IMG/VR virus record: IMGVR_UViG_3300009540_000001
Location: 32,001-96,000 of that record
DNA length: 64,000 nt
Strand: one strand, 5' to 3'
Source of the DNA: a virus
Taxonomy: Duplodnaviria > Caudoviricetes
Shown: piece by piece, positions 10,462 to 20,900 of the stretch
Layout of the letters: each line of letters starts with the position of its first letter
Position numbering within the stretch: the stretch's first letter is position 1
Translations under genes and position numbers: made by a program
The notes under the pieces: model-generated
Databases searched by the model: none
Told to the model about the DNA's origin: nothing
What the model saw: only the letters and a program-made list of their open reading frames with translations

Positions 10462-11374
10462 GACGACTCCCGTAACGGTCCGAATCCAGCAACAAGGCTA
10501 CGTCCGAAGCACGGGCTATCAGGCGACGCAGTGGGCCGTCACGGTCCCTGTGAACGTCCCGCCCTCGGACCCACCCATCGCAACGGACCCTCTGTCGTTC
10601 GCGCCGCTGTACGTGATGCGGAACGCGGGCGGGTATGACGTCTTCGAGCGCATCGCAACCTTGGTGGATCTCGAGGCCATTCCGAACGCGGAGTTGTCGT
10701 ACTTCGAGCCACGCGGCGCCGGCGGCGGGGACTTGCTCTCCCTCGCACTCGCGGGAGATGTGCTGCGCATTGTCACACCCCCTGCCCACTGGATCCAAAC
10801 CCAACCCCCGTACGACTCGAATGACTTCATCATCTCACAAGTTGGGATAAGAGTCCAAGGTTCCAGCGCAAAGTGCTTCATCGGGGGACTGATCCAGCTC
10901 CCTGGGTACACGTTCACCCAAGAGGATGTGGGACGCTGGGTCACGCTGAGCGGTTTTACCTCATCGGGTAACAATGGCAAGTTTCAGATCCTGGCGCAGG
11001 TGGGCTCTTCCGCACGGGTGAGTACGGCCTTCGTCTCGAACGAGACCGGGGGCTCCTACGCGTTTCAGTGGATCGAAGTCGAAGATTCCTTCCCTGGTCT
11101 CGAGCCCCGTTACTTCCCCACGCGCGCGTCGGGCCTCGCCTGGCATCTGCGTCGCAGCGGCGCACACATCACGCTTGGCGAGAACGGCGCGTCGACGCGC
11201 AACACGACGAACGCCCTCGCCCGCAGCGTGCGCTGCACCGTGCTCTCGCCGTCGAACGACGCCGCCGAGAAGCTGTTCCTCGTCAGCCGCCAGCAAGTGG
11301 CGGCGTTGCAGCGCGCGGCGAGCATCAACAACACGGCGTTCACCGTGCTGATCACCTACACCGTGGGGCCCTGA
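10460..11374 (+). CDS. Hypothetical protein (probable virion component)
   Basis: 304-aa ORF, first of a tightly coupled + operon; beta-strand-rich composition. Confidence 0.55.
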   Translation: MTTPVTVRIQQQGYVRSTGYQATQWAVTVPVNVPPSDPPIATDPLSFAPLYVMRNAGGYDVFERIATLVDLEAIPNAELSYFEPRGAGGGDLLSLALAGDVLRIVTPPAHWIQTQPPYDSNDFIISQVGIRVQGSSAKCFIGGLIQLPGYTFTQEDVGRWVTLSGFTSSGNNGKFQILAQVGSSARVSTAFVSNETGGSYAFQWIEVEDSFPGLEPRYFPTRASGLAWHLRRSGAHITLGENGASTRNTTNALARSVRCTVLSPSNDAAEKLFLVSRQQVAALQRAASINNTAFTVLITYTVGP

Positions 11375-11377
11375 ACG

Positions 11378-11761
11378 ATGTCAGCTACCACCTGGGCGGT
11401 TCTCACCGTCAACGAGTACCCCACGCCGCCCACCTACCGGGTCGTCCTCACGATCACGGCGTCGGGCGGTATCGACAAGAACCTCTTCGTCGTCGACGTC
11501 GAAACGGAGACGTACCAGAACGTCGCCCTCTCTCGCGACCTCGTCGTCTACCCGACGACGAAGGCCGAGGCGCTGGACCAGGGCCTCGGGTTTTACCGCG
11601 TAAGCCAGACGGAGAAGACCTGGGACCGGCAGTCGACTGCGGCGGCGTTCGTCGCGTTCGTTCGGGAGCGCGTGGCTTCCGTCCTGACGGATTGGGAGAG
11701 CGACACCGCAGTAGCCTTCGGTGGTGAGAGCACGTATCTGGTAACCTCGGCAGACACATGA
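11378..11761 (+). CDS. Hypothetical protein
   Basis: 127-aa ORF, 3 nt after the previous stop; ATGA overlap with the next gene. Confidence 0.6.
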   Translation: MSATTWAVLTVNEYPTPPTYRVVLTITASGGIDKNLFVVDVETETYQNVALSRDLVVYPTTKAEALDQGLGFYRVSQTEKTWDRQSTAAAFVAFVRERVASVLTDWESDTAVAFGGESTYLVTSADT

Positions 11762-12744
11762 GCACCATCCCCGTCGTCGAGCAGACCCGCCGCGCGCTTC
11801 CCCTCGTCGCAGGCACGATCAAGTTCGAGGTCACGTCCATCGTGACGGACTCGGGCGATCTGCCGTTCAAGAACCTGTTCGTCGTCACGATCACGGACCC
11901 GGGCGACGTGAAGGACGACGTGCTCGCGCGCGTCGCTACGCCGTACGACATTCGGCAAGCCGACCCGACGGCGCCGAAGTACGTGAAGGTCGTCTCGACG
12001 GACCTGATTCGAATCGCCGGGGACGAGTTCGCGCGCATCGCCAGCATTGACGAGCTGACGGGGCTGCCGCGCGACCGCACGACGGCGATCCGGCAGAACA
12101 AGACCGAGTACCTGACGAGCGTGATCACGCTCCAGTACGACACGCTGACGACGGCGGACGCGGCGTACAAGCAGGTGATCTCGAGGCTCTCCTCGCTCGT
12201 CACCGAGTGGCGGCAGTTCTACGGGGCGTTTGTGACGTCGCCGACTGCGACGATCACGCTGCCGCAGGCCGGCGCGAGCGTCGAAGCGGAGCGTACCGCC
12301 GTGTACGTCACCGCCCGCGACGCGCGCATCGCCGCAGACGCCGCTCGGGACGCAGCCCAGGTCGCGAAGGACGACTGCATCCGCGACTGCGCGCTCGACC
12401 GGGCCATCTTCGACTTCTTGATCGAAGACGTTACGACGCTCGAGACCGCGAGGGACGTCGTCATCGCGCTCACGGAGACTGGGTCGACGAACGTCAAGGA
12501 CTTCGTGTTGGGCCTCGGGGCCTTTACCGCCGATCAGCGCACCTACAAGATTCTCCTCGAGAAGCGACTCGCCTTGGGCGCTGCCTACAATGCGCGGGTC
12601 GTCGCGTGCGATGCCCGCTGTACGGCCCTCGGCTTGGCGCTCGCGACCGCGACTGCCACCGCCGCTGCCGCTGCCGATACGGAGCGCGCGGCGCTGGCGA
12701 GCGTGTACGAGGTGTGCCCGACGTTTGATCCGGAGAGTGTGTAG
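11758..12744 (+). CDS. Hypothetical protein with C-terminal Ala-rich coiled coil
   Basis: 328-aa ORF with GC3-rich codon use and a helical Ala/Arg/Asp-rich C-half. Confidence 0.6.
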   Translation: MSTIPVVEQTRRALPLVAGTIKFEVTSIVTDSGDLPFKNLFVVTITDPGDVKDDVLARVATPYDIRQADPTAPKYVKVVSTDLIRIAGDEFARIASIDELTGLPRDRTTAIRQNKTEYLTSVITLQYDTLTTADAAYKQVISRLSSLVTEWRQFYGAFVTSPTATITLPQAGASVEAERTAVYVTARDARIAADAARDAAQVAKDDCIRDCALDRAIFDFLIEDVTTLETARDVVIALTETGSTNVKDFVLGLGAFTADQRTYKILLEKRLALGAAYNARVVACDARCTALGLALATATATAAAAADTERAALASVYEVCPTFDPESV

Positions 12745-12774
12745 CGCCTCGAGACGTCGTATGCTTCTCGTACG

Positions 12775-13791
12775 ATGTCGCATGACCTCTACCACGACCC
12801 GGGCCACGTTCTGATCCGCTCGCTGCTCGAGCTCTGCCCGGGGGCCAAGGGCCTCGTCAAGGGCGCCGAGTTCGAGGACACCGCAGACGCGATCCCCGAG
12901 CACGCCTTCGCCTGGGCCGGGCCGAAGCTTTACCCCGTACACTCGCCGGCGCACGCCGTCGTCTCGTACCTGTACGCGAAGCACGCCTCGGCGATGACGA
13001 AGACCGCTTCGCTCATGCCGCGCGCGGTGCTCGACGAGATCGAGGAGGCCCTCGACGTGTACGGCGTGGACCGGGCGCAGCTCGCGCCTGTCATCGCCAA
13101 GGTCGCCGCGCTCGAGCCGGAGGAGTGCCTCTTCCCCGAGCGGCAGGAGTACCCGGTGCGCAACGCCGAGGAGGTTAAGCTCGCCGAGCAGGCCCTCCTC
13201 GCGCAGATGGACCGGATGGTGCCGCAAACGCGCTTCCGCGTGTTCAACAAGCTCGCGGCCCTCGCGGAGCAGCACGGCGTCACCCTCGACGACTGCTCGA
13301 CCCAGTGGGCCGGCGAGACGGAGACGGACCGCAAGCGGCTGGGAGAAGCGCTGGCGGAGCGCGCGAAGCTCTCCAAGACGGCGGCGGCCCGCTCGGCGTA
13401 CGAGACGCTGGCGACCGTGGCGTTCACCGACCGCTACGGCTTCCAGGTGCCCGAGAAGCGCGCGGCGCTGGCCCTGAAACTCGCGGAGCTCGACAAGGCC
13501 GCGAACATCACCCGGCTCGTGCCCGACGCATTTCGCACCGTGTACAACACCACGGTGAAGACCGGTTCCGCCACGCTCGACCTGTGCGGCTCGCGCGTCG
13601 ACCCCGACCACCTCGGGCGGCTCCCGGCGTCGTTCTACTCGGACGCCCTCGGCAAGGACTGCCTCGCCGAAGTGGCGCCGGGCGGCGTCGTGGACGGCGC
13701 GAAGGTCGCGGAGGTCGTGGCGACGCTCCCGGCGGACATGAAGGCGGACTTCGCGCGGCAGTTGAAGGCGGCGGGCGTCCAAGTCGTCTAA
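12775..13791 (+). CDS. K-x-A-rich putative head protein
   Basis: 338 aa containing AKHAS, TKTAS, AKVAA, VKLAE, NKLAA, SKTAA, EKRAA, DKAAN. Confidence 0.6.
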   Translation: MSHDLYHDPGHVLIRSLLELCPGAKGLVKGAEFEDTADAIPEHAFAWAGPKLYPVHSPAHAVVSYLYAKHASAMTKTASLMPRAVLDEIEEALDVYGVDRAQLAPVIAKVAALEPEECLFPERQEYPVRNAEEVKLAEQALLAQMDRMVPQTRFRVFNKLAALAEQHGVTLDDCSTQWAGETETDRKRLGEALAERAKLSKTAAARSAYETLATVAFTDRYGFQVPEKRAALALKLAELDKAANITRLVPDAFRTVYNTTVKTGSATLDLCGSRVDPDHLGRLPASFYSDALGKDCLAEVAPGGVVDGAKVAEVVATLPADMKADFARQLKAAGVQVV

Positions 13792-13800
13792 GCTCGGCGG

Positions 13801-14484
13801 ATGAACTCTCTGTCGGAAATGCTGGGCGACGCGGACCTCGAACTCTCCGTCGCCTGGACCGCCGCGCAGCTCTTGCTCGGCCCCACGCTCCCTGCGTGGG
13901 AGGTCGAGACGATCAAGATCGAGCTCGAGCGTCGGAAGATCCCGACGACCGACCGCTTGATGGCGAAGCTGCTCGCGGCGCAAACGGCGACCGAGACGCG
14001 GGAGTGGGCGACGGACCACGACGTGTTCTTCGCGTTCGCCCTGGCGTGCGACGGGATCGGGGCGAACCCCGAGGCGATCCACCACCCGACGCCGGAGCAG
14101 CTCGCTTGGGCTGTGAAAGAGCTGGAAGCTCTTACAGGCCAACGCATTACCGACGACCACGGCTTCGACCCCGACACCGTCGACCCGGCGGTCGCCGTGG
14201 TCCTCTTGGACGAGGGCCTGTGCGTCTCCCCGATCGAGCTGCACTTCGCGCAAGACGTCCTCGAGAAGATCACGCGGGGCCCCGATACGCTCGCGGCGAA
14301 GGCCTACGCTGCGTTTGCGAAGCTCAAGGACTACCCCGACGAGACTTTACGCCGTACACTCGCTTCAGACCCCACGAGCGACGTCGACGTCCAGGTCCAC
14401 CGACTGATCGAGTGCCAGCTGTACGTCGAGGAGCGCGTCGTGCGGCGAGCACGACAACATGCGGTCCTCAACAGCTTCGTCTGA
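13801..14484 (+). CDS. Hypothetical protein upstream of terminase
   Basis: 227-aa ORF in the terminase operon. Confidence 0.6.
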   Translation: MNSLSEMLGDADLELSVAWTAAQLLLGPTLPAWEVETIKIELERRKIPTTDRLMAKLLAAQTATETREWATDHDVFFAFALACDGIGANPEAIHHPTPEQLAWAVKELEALTGQRITDDHGFDPDTVDPAVAVVLLDEGLCVSPIELHFAQDVLEKITRGPDTLAAKAYAAFAKLKDYPDETLRRTLASDPTSDVDVQVHRLIECQLYVEERVVRRARQHAVLNSFV

Positions 14485-16636
14485 CGAAGTCATAGCGTCC
14501 CTCACCCGCTCCGGCTACGCCGAGCGCCTGCTGCACTGGGAAGGTCGTCCCTTCGGGTTGAACGACTACCCGATGTTTCGGGCGATCTACGACGCCTCCC
14601 CGAAGCGTCTGCTCCTGAAGACCTGTCGACAGGTCGGCAAGAGCATGACGCTCGCGTCGTTCTCCTTGTCGGAGAGCGTGGCCATCCCGCACTTCAAGAC
14701 GTTCTTCATCGCTCCGACGAAGGAGCAGACGCAGACGTTCTCGACGGCGAGGATCGGGAAGTTCATCGCGTTCTCCCCGCTGATCCGCGACATCTTCATC
14801 AGCCCCTCGGCGCCGAACCGCGTCTTGGCTAGGCATTTCGCACACGGTTCGCAGATCGTCTTCAGTTACGCGTCCGACGACGCAGATCGCTGCCGTGGGC
14901 AGTCGTGTGATCGGTTGTGCTTCGATGATAAAGCAGAAGTACTGACACGTACGGGGTGGGTCAGTGTAAAAGAGCTTGGACTAGATGACGAAGTCGCCGA
15001 CGTCAACGATCGGGGCGTCATAGAGTGGTCGCGGCCGACGGAGGTCTTTCACAAGCGGCACACGGGAGGAATGGTTCGGTTCTCACACACGGGCATCGAC
15101 TTACGCGTTACGGAAGACCACTGGATGTGGGCGCAGCCCCTCAAAGAGTATGAGACATTTCTTTTCGTACGCGCTAAGCAACTCGTAGAGCGCGATTTCA
15201 ACTTCATCCAGGTTCACGAGGACTTCGCCCAAGAAGTCATCTCATTCAACGCGCGGCATGTGTCGCAAGAACAAGTGCGCGACGAGGCCGTACACTGTTT
15301 TACAGTGGCGAACCATCGCCCGGTGATGCGCGGGGGCCCAGGACAAAAGGCCATCATCACGTCGCAGTGTATCGACGAGGTGCAAGACATGCTCCTCGAC
15401 GTCGTCCGCCCCGTCGTCGTCGAGTGCCTGCGCGCTTCGAAGTACTCCTACGAGACCTACTGCGGAACCCCCAAGACGTTCGAGAACGGCATCGAGGCGA
15501 TGTGGGCCGGCTCTTCGCAATGCGAGTGGGTCATCAAGTGCCCGAGCTGCGGCAAGTCCTCGATCCTGCTCTCCGAGAAGCAGTGCGGGCGCTACGGCCC
15601 CGTGTGCCTCGGGTGTCAGGCCTACCTGAACCCGCGTCTCGGGAACTGGGTGGACATGAACCGTCGCCCGCCCGACTCCGACGGCATCGTCACGCAGACC
15701 AAGGGCTTTCACATCTCGCGGCTCATGATGCCGCAGAACGTCCCCGCCGCGTGGCCCAAGGGCTCTACGGAGTGGACGAACGCGCTGATCAAGTGGCGTG
15801 AGGTGCTCTCCGCGCTCGACGGCCCTGACGCCTACCCAATCGCGACGTTTCGCAACGAGGTGCTCGGGGTCTCTGACTCGCAGGGGCGCCGTCTCGTGAC
15901 GCAGAACATGCTGCTCGAGGCCTGCGACGGGCCCCCCATCTGCCCGAAGCCCACGCGCGAGAACGTGAAGGGCGTCACGAAGATCGCGGCCGGCATCGAC
16001 TGGTCAGGCGGCGGCACGGCGATCACCGGCAGCGATGGCGCCGTCTCGATCAAGTCCCGCACGGTGCTGACGATCATCGGGAAGATGGGCATCGGCCGCA
16101 CGCGCCTGCTCTACTACAAGATGTTCCCAGGCACCTCACCCGTCGAAGAGTTCGAGGAGATGGCGGAAGCCTTGAGGTACTACGACGAGTGCACGCATTA
16201 CCAGATGTTCATCGGCGCTGACGCGGGCGAAGGGAACATGGGGACGGACCTTCTGCGACACCGGCTTCAGAACCCGATCCGGGTCGTGAAGTTTCGGTAC
16301 TCGGGTACGTCGGCCGGCTACATCTCGTGGAACAAGAAGGGGAAGTTTTACACGGTAAACCGTACGCAGGCGATCGACTCGCTGATGACGGCGCTGATCC
16401 GCAAAGAGTTCCAGTTCCCGAAGGAGCCGGACACGATCATGGCCGTGCCCTTCAAGGACATCCTCGCGGAGTACGAAGAGATCATCGGCGAGACCGGCAT
16501 CGGGCGGAAGGTCTGGCGTCACGCGCCGACGCAGCCCGACGACTTCCTGCACGCGCTGAACTTCGCGCGAATCGCCCTGCAAATTGCCAACAAAGAAGTG
16601 GATCTGACGGCGAGCATCGAGTCGGACGACGACTGA
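14459..16636 (+). CDS. terL: Terminase large subunit, intein-containing
   Basis: Walker A KTCRQVGKS; Walker B RL|CIDEVQD reconstituted across the intein; GTPKT coupling motif; CxxC pairs; nuclease AGIDW and PDDFLHA. Confidence 0.88.
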   Translation: MRSSTASSDEVIASLTRSGYAERLLHWEGRPFGLNDYPMFRAIYDASPKRLLLKTCRQVGKSMTLASFSLSESVAIPHFKTFFIAPTKEQTQTFSTARIGKFIAFSPLIRDIFISPSAPNRVLARHFAHGSQIVFSYASDDADRCRGQSCDRLCFDDKAEVLTRTGWVSVKELGLDDEVADVNDRGVIEWSRPTEVFHKRHTGGMVRFSHTGIDLRVTEDHWMWAQPLKEYETFLFVRAKQLVERDFNFIQVHEDFAQEVISFNARHVSQEQVRDEAVHCFTVANHRPVMRGGPGQKAIITSQCIDEVQDMLLDVVRPVVVECLRASKYSYETYCGTPKTFENGIEAMWAGSSQCEWVIKCPSCGKSSILLSEKQCGRYGPVCLGCQAYLNPRLGNWVDMNRRPPDSDGIVTQTKGFHISRLMMPQNVPAAWPKGSTEWTNALIKWREVLSALDGPDAYPIATFRNEVLGVSDSQGRRLVTQNMLLEACDGPPICPKPTRENVKGVTKIAAGIDWSGGGTAITGSDGAVSIKSRTVLTIIGKMGIGRTRLLYYKMFPGTSPVEEFEEMAEALRYYDECTHYQMFIGADAGEGNMGTDLLRHRLQNPIRVVKFRYSGTSAGYISWNKKGKFYTVNRTQAIDSLMTALIRKEFQFPKEPDTIMAVPFKDILAEYEEIIGETGIGRKVWRHAPTQPDDFLHALNFARIALQIANKEVDLTASIESDDD
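14918..15367 (+). mobile_element. Mini-intein (150 aa, no endonuclease) in terminase
   Basis: Starts CFDDKAEVLTRTGW; block B VTEDH; block F VHCFTV; ends IITSQ followed by Cys. DNA is visibly more AT-rich than its flanks. Confidence 0.85.
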
Positions 16637-16645
16637 CTCGGGGCT

Positions 16646-16683
16646 AAAGAAAACGGGGCGGTGTGTCTCTCGACACACCGCCC
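16646..16683 (-). terminator. Intrinsic terminator
   Basis: Stem GGGCGGTGTGTC/GACACACCGCCC, minus-strand loop GAGA, followed by a U-rich tract on the minus strand; between convergent genes. Confidence 0.7.
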
Positions 16684-16691
16684 GGGTGGGA

Positions 16692-17330
16692 CTACCGACC
16701 CTCTTGTGCGCCGCTATTCGGCGCGGGCACCAGCTTCCGCAGCGCGCGCCGCGTGATCCGGTACCCCGCCAGCACGTCGCCAGCGGCCCGGTGCGTCGGA
16801 ATCGCCTCGTAGCCCTCGTACTTCACCAGCGCGGCGTACACGTCGCTCAGGCCCCACTTGGTGAGCCCGTACTGGAGGGCGATGGCGATCGAGTAGCTCT
16901 GGATGTCACAGAACCGCCGGGCCCAGGGCTCGGCGTTCACGATGCCGTGGTACTTGAACTCCGCCATGGCGAAGCCCTTGTCGAAGGGGACGTTCTGCGT
17001 CGCGAGCGACGCGTAACGGCACACCTCCCAGATCTGACGCCACACAGCGGCGGCGTCGGCGCTGTCCATCTCGGGGGCGTCTGCCCACGACGCGACGTTG
17101 GCCTTGTAGCCGTTGATGGCGAGGGCCTCCTCCTGGGCGTCTATCAGGCAGGACTCGTTGGGCTTGATCTTGAACGACTGGATCACCGGCGTGTCCGCCC
17201 ACAGGTGCGGGTTCGTCGCGAGGTCGATACGCGCCGCCGCGATCTCGATCACGCGGTGCTTGTGGGGCTCGAGGCCCGTGGTCTCGACGTCGATGAACGC
17301 GAGGTCGGGCAGCTTAGAGATGTTTGCCAT
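16692..17330 (-). CDS. DEDDh 3'-5' exonuclease (DnaQ-like)
   Basis: FIDVETTGL, QNVPFD and HRAAGDV Exo I/II/III motifs. Confidence 0.85.
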   Translation of the reverse strand: MANISKLPDLAFIDVETTGLEPHKHRVIEIAAARIDLATNPHLWADTPVIQSFKIKPNESCLIDAQEEALAINGYKANVASWADAPEMDSADAAAVWRQIWEVCRYASLATQNVPFDKGFAMAEFKYHGIVNAEPWARRFCDIQSYSIAIALQYGLTKWGLSDVYAALVKYEGYEAIPTHRAAGDVLAGYRITRRALRKLVPAPNSGAQEGR

Positions 17331-17371
17331 GTCTGTATCTTACCCCAAGCTGCCCGACGGTGTCTAGGAGC

Positions 17372-17935
17372 CTATGCCTCGGGCTTTAGGCACAGTGCGC
17401 GCACGTACAGCTGATTCGGGTAGACGACGCGGAACGTAGACGCCCGCATCGGGTCTGGCGGCGTAAGATGCGGCGTGGGATGTGCGTTGTAAGTCCCGGG
17501 GGCCAAAGTCCAAACCGTGTCGAACTTCAGCGCATCCCGACCGACCGTGAGGGTGATCCGGCGCGTACGCGGTAAAGTCTCCACACTCCGCATCACGCAG
17601 GGGTAATAACCACCCCAAAAGTCCCGCTCGTCTTGGATGAAAAACACGGTTTCCGTCGCCAGTAAGGCCCCGACCTCAAGCGCGGGGGCGATTCCTTCGT
17701 CCATGGCTTCGCTCTGGAACACGCCTAAAGACTCGTCCGGCCGTCGGTGGTTCGTCTCGATCCACGGGATTTCGAGAAGCAGACGGCGTAGGTCTTTTGG
17801 CGTGCGACGCGGATAGTAACCGCCAGCGTTGTTAGGCGTCGCGAGTCGCTTCAACAGCAAGTCCAAGTAGTCCTTACGCGTGAGCGAGACAGCGTCTCGA
17901 ACTACCTGCGAGGGGCTACTTCTTCGTTCCATCAT
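17372..17935 (-). CDS. Hypothetical protein
   Basis: 187-aa ORF overlapping the polymerase stop; more AT-rich than its neighbours. Confidence 0.45.
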   Translation of the reverse strand: MMERRSSPSQVVRDAVSLTRKDYLDLLLKRLATPNNAGGYYPRRTPKDLRRLLLEIPWIETNHRRPDESLGVFQSEAMDEGIAPALEVGALLATETVFFIQDERDFWGGYYPCVMRSVETLPRTRRITLTVGRDALKFDTVWTLAPGTYNAHPTPHLTPPDPMRASTFRVVYPNQLYVRALCLKPEA

Positions 17936-20900
17936 GGGGTGGTTCCTTTCGTCTTCTCCGGCATGTCGTGGCTATCCGGGTCTCGGAGGGCGTCGAACAC
18001 CTCCTCCTCCGTGAATCCCTCGAGCTCTGCGCGCGGCTCCGGCGGCGGCAGCCCCTGGCAGAACTTCTCTGCGCCGACGACGGAGCCGTAGCTCTCGCCG
18101 AGCTCGACGTCCCAGCGATACGGCGCTTTCAGCCAGGGATTTTCCTTGGCGACCTCCTTCGTGCCGACCTGTTGGAACAGGTCCACCATCTCGTGCGCGT
18201 ACCTACGCGGCACCTGGAAGCCGATCGAGTCGTGGACCGTCAAGAGCAGGCGGCCCTTGTAGTCGTGTTCGAGGATGCGCGCGATCTTGTACAAGACGCG
18301 CAGCACGATCGTCGAACTGGTCTCTTGGATCATGAAGTTCACGGCCTGTCGCTCAGACCGAGACTTCAAGGACTTCGGAGCGTACTTGCCGAGGCTGAAG
18401 CGCCGGCGACGTCCCGTGTAGCTCTCGACGAGCCCGAACATGCCCATCTCCCACGTCGTGTGCTCGACGAAGGTCGGGATGGTCGGGAACTCCGAGAAGA
18501 GCAGCTTCTGAATCTGCTCGGCGAGCTCGAGGTTGATGCCCGCGATGTCCGCGATCTTCTTGATGCCGGCGCCGTAAAGGATGCCGAACACCAGGCGTTT
18601 GATGTTGTCGCGTAGGGCCTTGAGCCGCTTGCCGTACGCTTTGTCTGCGAGCTTGTCGTCCTTGCCGAGGTAGAAATCCTCGTACGACCACGCGTGGTCG
18701 TCGTCGATCCCGGCTTTCGCGAGGGCGAGCTTGCGGTCGACCCCGGTGAGCCCGGCGGCGACGAGGTCAGGGTTCAGGCACCGCGAGGCGAAGAAGCAGT
18801 GCGCGTCGAGCCCCTCGATGAGCGCGGCGTTCAGCGCGTCGTCTCCCGAGTACCCGGCGAACACCGTGACCTCAGCGCCCTTGGCGTCCGCGTTGCCGAA
18901 GCACATGGACGGGTCATCGGGGATGAAGAGGTTCTTGCACTTCACGCCCTCGAAGACGATGTCGCCCGCGCTGTTTCGAATCAGCTCGCCGTAGGAGTTC
19001 TTCAACGCCCCGATCAGCCCCTTGGGGATGTTCTGGTTGTTGAAGCCGATCCCGCGAATGCCGCTCGAGCTCGAGAGGCGGCTCGTGGAGGTCCCGGTGA
19101 TGTTGTACCCGGGGTGCAACCGGCCATCGCCCCACATAGTGGAGAGCTTGCCGATATTGACGAAGAAGCTGTTGAGGGCCTTGTCGGCCTTCTTCAGCGA
19201 CATGAGCAAGTTCGCGAGCGGGCACTTGTACCGCTGCACGAGGTGCTTCAAGACGTCCGAGCCCGTCTGCACCGCGCCCTTCGCCGTGTAGTGCCCCGGG
19301 CGGTAGAACATGCGCCCGCCCCGGTAGAACACGGTCTTCGGGTTCTCCTCGGCGATCTGCGCTGCGAGTTCCGGGTCGGGGTGCTTGTACCCGTCTTCGA
19401 AGAGGTAGCTCACGAGCTTGCGCCCGCTGTTCACGTTGAACGACTCTCCGCACAGCTCGTAGACCTTTTGGGTCGTCGTGCCGACGGTGGTCTCGAGCGC
19501 TCGCGCGCCCCACTCTCGGTACTTCTGGTCGATCGTGATGCCCTGGTACTCGATCTTCGCCAGCTCCGTCTGGAGCTTTACGCCGTGCTCTTGCACGAGG
19601 TACTTCAGCGGGTTCGGGTTCGGGCACAGGACTTCGACGCGGCGCCCGGCGATCTCGCTGCCCGGAATGGCCGTGGCGATCTCCTTGCGGATCTGCTCCC
19701 TCCAGAGGTTGATCCGGTCGTTCTCCTCCGCCATGCGGATCGCTTGGCGAACCGCCGCGCGGCGGGTGACGTCGGCGTCCACAGCTGCGTAGAAGTACAT
19801 CTCGCTGAGCGAGACGTTCTCGAAGCCGCCCTTGATCTCCTGCTCGCGCTTGGCTTCCTTCTCGGCCTTGCCCGAGAACTCGCCGGACTTCTTCGCGTGC
19901 GCGAGCACACGGAGGTCAGCCCAGTCCGACGCCTTCTCGGGGTCCGCCGCCAGCTTCGCGATCTTCTTCTCGAGCGCCGCGAGTTGAAAGCTCGCGTTCT
20001 TGACGTACTTCCCTTTGACCGCGCGCTCGAGCGCCTCCGCTACCGCCGGGGGCAGCTTCATGACCTTTCCGACCTTGACCTCTACGGTCGTGAGGCCGGT
20101 CGTGTCCTGTTTCTCGAGCTCATCGTGCAGCCGATCCTCGTAGCCCGAGAGTTCCGGGAAGTCTTGCTTGGTCATGTACTTGAGGCTGTACAGACCCTTC
20201 TTGTCCTCCTCGAGCGTGTGTTCGGCGAGGTAGACGTCCCAGGCGATCTTGCCGACATCGCCGAGCGGCCACCCCTTCTTCCAGAACACCTTGAAGTCGT
20301 ACTTCGCGTTGAACCAGATGATCGGCTTGCCGCTTCGCAGCAACCAGCAGACCTCTTCGTACGCGGCCTGCGGGTCGTACGGCGTCTCCTTGTGCCACAA
20401 CGGAATCGTCGTGGCTTGCCCCTCGTCCCACGCGAACGACACCGCGACGAGCTGGAGCCCGTCCCAGTGCGGGTGCAGCGTGTTCGTCTCGGTGTCGCAG
20501 GTGATCTTCCAGTCCAGGTGCGACACCCCGGGCCGCGTGTACTCGTAGATGCGGCGCACGACAGCGCGCACTTCTTCGATCGTCTTCGGGTAGATGTAGT
20601 TCTTCTCGACCTCCGTGCGCGGCATCCGAAGGACTTCGGAGTTCGTCGCCAGGCGCATGGCGCGCTCGACGTCGGCGAGCAGGGAGGAGTACTTGCCGAC
20701 GGCGGCCCCGATCGCCTTGATCGACCGGGTGAAGATCACCGTGAGGATCGCGTCGCCGAACTGCACGTTCTGGTACACGCGCCCGAGCGCCTCCTTCTCC
20801 CCCTTCACCGGGATGCCGAGGGAGTGAAGCGCGTGGACGCCGCAGGCCAGCACCGTGAGCGTGGACTCAGGGTTGGTCGCCCTGCGCGTCGCCGCGATCC

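Noticed and set aside
18860-18900. Unusual polymerase motif A (DAKGAE)
   Set aside because: Catalytic Asp and steric-gate Glu are retained, and it resembles T7-type DASGLE. Motif B has the standard Phe.
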